Shown here piece after piece: positions 60,128 through 64,000 of a stretch of 64,000 bases of DNA. The DNA is from Acidobacteriota bacterium (GTDB lineage Bacteria; Acidobacteriota; Blastocatellia; HR10), in NCBI GenBank assembly GCA_030550025.1, contig JAUQQC010000002.1, forward strand, positions 262,058-326,057. Direction: 5' to 3'. Numbering within the stretch: position 1 is the first letter of the stretch; the number at the start of each line of letters is the position of its first letter. The translations under genes and the position numbers were made by a program. The notes below the pieces were generated by a model. It saw only the letters and a list, made by a program, of their open reading frames with translations. It did no database searches and had not been told where the DNA came from.

Positions 60128-61645
60128 TCACCGCATCTTCCGCGCCAGGTGCATGACGTAATTGGCCGCCGTGCCCGCATAGCCATAGTGCGGGATACGA
60201 TAGGTGCTCCGCTGGACCTCCGGATGCCGCTCCTCATAGCGGCGGATCGCCTCCAGGGTGAGGCCGGTCTTGGCGAGCGCGTCCTCGAATTCCGCATGAG
60301 CGCGTCGCTTGGCTTCGGTCAGGATCATCTGGCATCGGGAGAGCGCGTGCACTTCAGCATCTCCCTTCACCTCGATCGGCGCATAGAGCAGATCCGGATA
60401 GCGGCCGAGCACGTTGGCCATCGCGCCAATGGACATCGTGTTCGGCATGCAGGAGTAGGGTGACAGCTCACAAATCATGTGTGCCTTTTTATGCCGATAG
60501 GCATAGAGCGCTTTCCCCACGAGCATGTGCCCTTCGCCCCCGCGTAGTTCGTAGTGGTAGTAGGGTTTGGCCAAGTGCTTGAGCTCCTCTTGATCGGGAA
60601 GCTCGTAGGGGAGATTGCCGAGTGCCTTGCGAAAGCGATTGTAGACGAAGTGATAGATGTGCTCCAAGGTTCGAATGAGCGCGATCTTCTTGCGGTTGCG
60701 CTCGGCACCCTTCCATTCCTCAGAGGTAATCGGCGAATGCAGCAGATAGTCGAGCCAGACAGCAATCGGCGGCGGAATGACCTCGGCCCCTTCTTGCTCG
60801 AGCCATCGCTTGATGTTGTAGTTGCCATCGCCCTCATGCGTCTGGAGCCAGAATTCGCCCGTGATCTTCACCTTCGGCTTGACGCGAAGCCGATCCACGC
60901 GAATGGCATCCCAACGCTTCCGCACGTCGCGCAGGGCATCGGTGAAGTAGTCGGTCAGGACATGCCAAGCGAAGACCTTCAGCTTCCCTCCACGTAGCTT
61001 CTCCTGAGGCCGATTTCGGAAGACGTCGTACAGATACTCGATGCTCTCGCGCAGGACCCGATCCGTCTCTCCGGGGACGATCTCGTAAGGACGCGTCATA
61101 TATTCGAGGTCGGTCAACACATCGGCGCAGAGGATCGCCCAGACAAGCCCCAGGCTCAAGGGGAGATTGATCTCTAACCCCCCGCCGTGGGTCGCCCCTT
61201 GATCGAGTTGATTCTGCGCCAGCAGGAAGAGGCGGAAGTCCCGAAGGCCAAGCCCATCGAGCGCCATCGTGTACGATTCATGATATTGCCCAAACCGGCA
61301 GGGACCACACGCCCCCGCCGTCAGAAAGACATAGCGCTTCACGACCTCCTCGCGACCCAGCGCGGCCATCTCCGATTTGAGGAAATTCGCCAAGTTCCCC
61401 GTCGTGAAGATCGTCGGACAGCACGCCCCGACGTCAATCAGCTCCTTCCCCGCATCCAAATCCGCGCGCGTGATGTTCGGAAGCGGCTGGGCCTTGTAGC
61501 CCAAGTTATGCATCACGCCCTGGATCAATCGCTCGTGCTTCCAGGTCAACCCTCCGAAGAGGATCGTCACCGTCGCCCGCTCCTCTCGCGTGAAGGGGCG
61601 AGGCCGATAGGCCGTATAGTGGTTGATCCTCTGGATCGTCTCCAT
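60128..61645 (-). CDS. HgdA/HgdB-like (2-hydroxyacyl-CoA dehydratase D-component-like) protein
   Basis: 505 aa; Cys motifs VGACCPTIF and AGACGPCRFGQY; C-terminal CELSPYSCMPNTMSIGAM; first gene of the operon; ATG at ~61645 preceded by GAGGAAGAGGAGGTG. Confidence 0.55.
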   Translation of the reverse strand: METIQRINHYTAYRPRPFTREERATVTILFGGLTWKHERLIQGVMHNLGYKAQPLPNITRADLDAGKELIDVGACCPTIFTTGNLANFLKSEMAALGREEVVKRYVFLTAGACGPCRFGQYHESYTMALDGLGLRDFRLFLLAQNQLDQGATHGGGLEINLPLSLGLVWAILCADVLTDLEYMTRPYEIVPGETDRVLRESIEYLYDVFRNRPQEKLRGGKLKVFAWHVLTDYFTDALRDVRKRWDAIRVDRLRVKPKVKITGEFWLQTHEGDGNYNIKRWLEQEGAEVIPPPIAVWLDYLLHSPITSEEWKGAERNRKKIALIRTLEHIYHFVYNRFRKALGNLPYELPDQEELKHLAKPYYHYELRGGEGHMLVGKALYAYRHKKAHMICELSPYSCMPNTMSIGAMANVLGRYPDLLYAPIEVKGDAEVHALSRCQMILTEAKRRAHAEFEDALAKTGLTLEAIRRYEERHPEVQRSTYRIPHYGYAGTAANYVMHLARKMR

Positions 61646-61671
61646 AAGCGCACCTCCTCTTCCTCGCAACA

Positions 61672-61701
61672 CCCACTAGACTGACATGTCAGTCTAGTGG
61701 G
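61672..61701. promoter_or_regulatory. Perfect 30-bp palindrome CCCACTAGACTGACA|TGTCAGTCTAGTGGG between the TetR gene and the activase operon; candidate TetR operator
   Basis: 15+15 nt with no mismatch and no spacer, read directly; on the coding (minus) strand a T7 run lies upstream of it rather than downstream; coordinates +/- 2 nt. Confidence 0.5.
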
Positions 61702-61715
61702 GAGGTAAAAAAAAT

Positions 61716-62357
61716 TCACGACGTGGCCGAGCGGGCGAAGACGCCGCGCAGGCCGAAGTTGAAAAGCTCCTCAACGACGATCTCAAGCGGCGGAAGATCC
61801 TCGCGATGAGTCGTCAACTGATCGGCCACCTCCTTCATCGTCCCCAAGATGCAAGAGGCGACGATACGCGTTTGACAAGGGCGTACCAGGCCCATGCGAA
61901 TCCCATGCTCCAGAGAGCGCTCGATGAGCGAAAGGACGCGGTCGTAGAAAGCCTGCAGCATGGCAGCCGAGCGTTCGTCCAAGCCCACTGCCTGATGGAG
62001 GAGAATCTTCGTCAGCTCGGGATCATGGACGAGAAACTCCAGGACGCGACCAATGTTCGCCTTGACTTGCGCGAGCGGATCGGGCGCACCCGGGCTGAGG
62101 TCAATGGGCCGAATCCGTTGGCGCAGCTCCTTGAGGACTTCGTCCAGGAGACTATCGAAGATATCACGCTTGCTTGTGAAATAGAGATAGAACGTCCCCC
62201 GCGCGATGCCCGCGCTTTCGATGATGTCTGAGACGCTCGCGTTGTGATATCCCTTCTGCGAGAAGACCTGTTTGGCGAAGAAGAGGATCTGATTCCGCCG
62301 TGTCTCCTTCAGCTCTTTCAGCTCCTTATGGACGACCACCTCGCCCATCCTCGACAT
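61716..62357 (-). CDS. TetR/AcrR-family transcriptional regulator
   Basis: RRNQILFFAKQVFSQKGYHNASVSDIIESAGIARGTFYLYFTSKRDIF is a TetR HTH; start chosen at M11 (GGAGA 5 nt upstream); the ORF-track start at 62387 is also possible. Confidence 0.85.
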   Translation of the reverse strand: MSRMGEVVVHKELKELKETRRNQILFFAKQVFSQKGYHNASVSDIIESAGIARGTFYLYFTSKRDIFDSLLDEVLKELRQRIRPIDLSPGAPDPLAQVKANIGRVLEFLVHDPELTKILLHQAVGLDERSAAMLQAFYDRVLSLIERSLEHGIRMGLVRPCQTRIVASCILGTMKEVADQLTTHREDLPPLEIVVEELFNFGLRGVFARSATS

Positions 62358-62582
62358 AAAAGTCTCCATGAAGAGCAGGAAACTCATATCACATGAGGTC
62401 CACGTCTGTCAAGCTGAGTTTGGCGAAACGAGACGGTGACTTCGGGGAAACTTGGCGGACAGGGCGATGGGCCGTTCAACCGCAGGCCCCAAGCAAGGGC
62501 ATCACACCTCTTTCGCCCAAGGGGCTCTCACATTCGGGTTCCGTGAACAGGGTGCAGCAGAGCGCAAGCGCGAAAGCGCTCG

Positions 62583-62792
62583 TCACTTACTGTAGCGATA
62601 GGTGATCCGTCCTCGCGTCAGATCATATGGAGAGAGCTCCACGCGCACGCGATCCCCCGGTAGGACGCGGATATAGTTCTTCCGCATCTTCCCAGAGAGG
62701 TGCGCGAGTACCTCATGGCCGTCGCCATCGAGCTTCACGCGGAAGGTCGCATTGGGCAGCGCCTCCACGACCGTTCCATCCACCGGAATCAT
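62583..62792 (-). CDS. infA: Translation initiation factor IF-1
   Basis: [61 protein letters not shown] aligns along the full length with bacterial IF-1. Confidence 0.95.
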   Translation of the reverse strand: MIPVDGTVVEALPNATFRVKLDGDGHEVLAHLSGKMRKNYIRVLPGDRVRVELSPYDLTRGRITYRYSK

Positions 62793-62828
62793 ATCCTCTT
62801 TGCTAATAGGCGTTCACCTCCTTCTCCT

Positions 62829-63281
62829 TCATTGATCGTGTTCGATGTAGGTGAACGAGACATCGCGCTCATCCTCCGATTCCGAGGCTGAGACGCGCGC
62901 GCGCAGCCACGCACTATAGTTGAGCGGTACCAGCGCGAACTTCTCCGTCACTTGCGAGACCAAGCGCTCGCCCAGCTCCATCCGCAGATACTCCAAGAAC
63001 CGCTGTATCTCTCGCTGCATGGCGTCCATCTTGTCCCGCATGTTGAGGATGATCTCCACTCCTGCTAGATTCACGCCCAACTCGCGCGTGAGCGTCAGGA
63101 TGAACTCCAATCGCTCGAGGTCCTTCTCGGAATAATACCGCGTGTTCCCCTTGGAGCGGGAAGGTTTCAACAGCCCATGCCGCTCGTAGAGCCGTAACGT
63201 CTGAGGATGAATCCCATAGGCCTCAGACACCGCGCTGATCGTGTAGCCTTTCTCTTTCCTCTTCTTCACCCCATCGACCAT
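62829..63281 (-). CDS. hspR: MerR-family heat-shock transcriptional repressor HspR
   Basis: YTISAVSEAYGIHPQTLRLYERHGLLKPSRSKGNTRYYSEKDLERLEFILTLTRELGVNLAGVEIIL resembles the HspR HTH and dimerisation region; sits next to dnaK with HAIR-like operators. Confidence 0.8.
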   Translation of the reverse strand: MVDGVKKRKEKGYTISAVSEAYGIHPQTLRLYERHGLLKPSRSKGNTRYYSEKDLERLEFILTLTRELGVNLAGVEIILNMRDKMDAMQREIQRFLEYLRMELGERLVSQVTEKFALVPLNYSAWLRARVSASESEDERDVSFTYIEHDQ

Positions 63282-63340
63282 CTTCCGTGCCCGCGCTCAG
63301 GAGGATGAGACACACGCTCGTTTCCGAAAAGGTATGCTAA

Positions 63341-63362
63341 TATATGAGTCTAGCTTTGTCAA
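63341..63362. promoter_or_regulatory. HAIR-like inverted repeat (HspR operator) on the hspR side of the divergent region
   Basis: ATATGAGTC-tagctt-TGTCAAG; the minus-strand reading CTTGACAaagctaGACTCAtat resembles the HAIR consensus CTTGAGT-N7-ACTCAAG and contains TTGACA. Confidence 0.45.
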
Positions 63363-63423
63363 GTTTTCGACACCCCATTCTCCTTGGGAGGGGGAATCGG
63401 CAGGACTTGCGTTGTGGTGGGGA

Positions 63424-63453
63424 CTTGACAAACTCGGACTCATATTTTATTAT
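63424..63453 (+). promoter_or_regulatory. HAIR-like inverted repeat overlapping a TTGACA-17-TATTAT promoter directed toward rpoZ-dnaK
   Basis: CTTGACAaactcgGACTCATAT followed by TATTAT; near-exact reverse complement of the 63341-63362 element. Confidence 0.5.
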
Positions 63454-63598
63454 AAGGATCGGCTAAAAGCTTGTGGTTCTGCTTTTAGCCGCATCAAAGG
63501 CGTTTGAACGCGGGTCGTTCATTGAGTATAATCTCCTGGCGCGAGGGAATGGGCTCGTGATGAGTCCGTGAAGACCTCACGACCAGGAGGGAGGGACA

Positions 63599-63838
63599 AT
63601 GGGGACAAGGGTGAAGTTAGCTGAGGAGGCCCTCTCAAAGTTCGACAGTCGCTATTTGATTTGTTCGGTTGTGGCCAAGCGCGCCAAGCAGTTGGTGAAG
63701 CATCCGGAGAGCCAAGGGTTGGCGTGGGCCATCACTCAGGCGTTGAAGGAGTTGAACGAGGAGAAGATCTCCTTCGAGCAACCGGAGTTGGAGAAGCCTC
63801 AGGCGCGCCGTGGCCGGCGCAGTCGAGCTTCTCGCTGA
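63599..63838 (+). CDS. rpoZ: DNA-directed RNA polymerase omega subunit-like protein
   Basis: FDSRYLICSVVAKRAKQLV resembles the RpoZ core (cf. Thermus DSKYRLTVVVAKRAQQLL); 79 aa. Confidence 0.65.
   Translation: MGTRVKLAEEALSKFDSRYLICSVVAKRAKQLVKHPESQGLAWAITQALKELNEEKISFEQPELEKPQARRGRRSRASR

Positions 63839-64000
<162 letters not shown>

Noticed and set aside
61672-61701. 30-bp palindrome as an intrinsic terminator for tetR
   Set aside because: On the tetR/operon coding strand the T-run precedes rather than follows the hairpin, and on the other strand it is followed by A-rich, not U-rich, sequence. An operator is favoured.

Overview
This is a high-GC (~65%) bacterial chromosomal window, densely coding on both strands. 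Strong GGAGG-type ribosome-binding sites and many overlapping (ATGA/GTGA) gene junctions are visible. A TolC-type outer-membrane channel and LPS-type glycosyltransferases are present, so the organism is probably a diderm; I cannot name the taxon from sequence alone. No integrase, transposase, CRISPR array or rRNA was seen.

Working 5'->3':
1. A ~13.4 kb Wzx/Wzy-type surface-polysaccharide cluster (1-13391): two NAD-dependent epimerases, a Wzx-like flippase, a Wzy-like polymerase/ligase, two GT2 and several GT4 glycosyltransferases, a NodU/CmcH-type carbamoyltransferase and GDP-L-fucose synthase.
2. glmS, then tRNA-Arg(CCU), apt, acyP and tRNA-Pro(CGG) (13795-16656).
3. A secreted beta-helix protein and a DUF2029-like membrane protein (16946-19447).
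4. Split methylmalonyl-CoA mutase (large subunit plus B12-binding subunit), endonuclease IV, TolC and a GT2 (19508-25677).
5. A minus-strand two-subunit 2-oxoacid:ferredoxin oxidoreductase korA-korB plus a hydrolase, facing divergent hemW, ltaE and cmk (25679-32532).
6. A B12-dependent class II ribonucleotide reductase (nrdJ) with NrdR-box-like operators, coupled to an ICMT-family methyltransferase (32523-36236).
7. RNase R, a VanZ-like protein and a wHTH regulator (36374-40072).
8. A long minus-strand operon (40047-48863): GT4, PfkB kinase, acyl-CoA carboxyltransferase, rluB, scpB, scpA, trpS, an M50 peptidase and an NHL propeller protein.
9. dnaB, two tandem secreted VWA proteins, an M20 peptidase, a PhzF-family protein and a DUF4139 protein (49001-56733).
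10. The most interesting locus (56743-62357): a TetR-regulated three-gene operon encoding a tandem HgdC/BadF/BcrAD-type activase ATPase flanked by two HgdA/B-like (DUF2229 / HGD-D-like) proteins, preceded by a perfect 30-bp palindrome. This is a split form of the usually fused 'CoA-substrate-specific enzyme activase' of unknown function.
11. infA, hspR with HAIR-like operators, rpoZ and the start of dnaK (62583-64000).

All calls rest on my reading of the translated ORFs and the raw sequence. No database search could be run.
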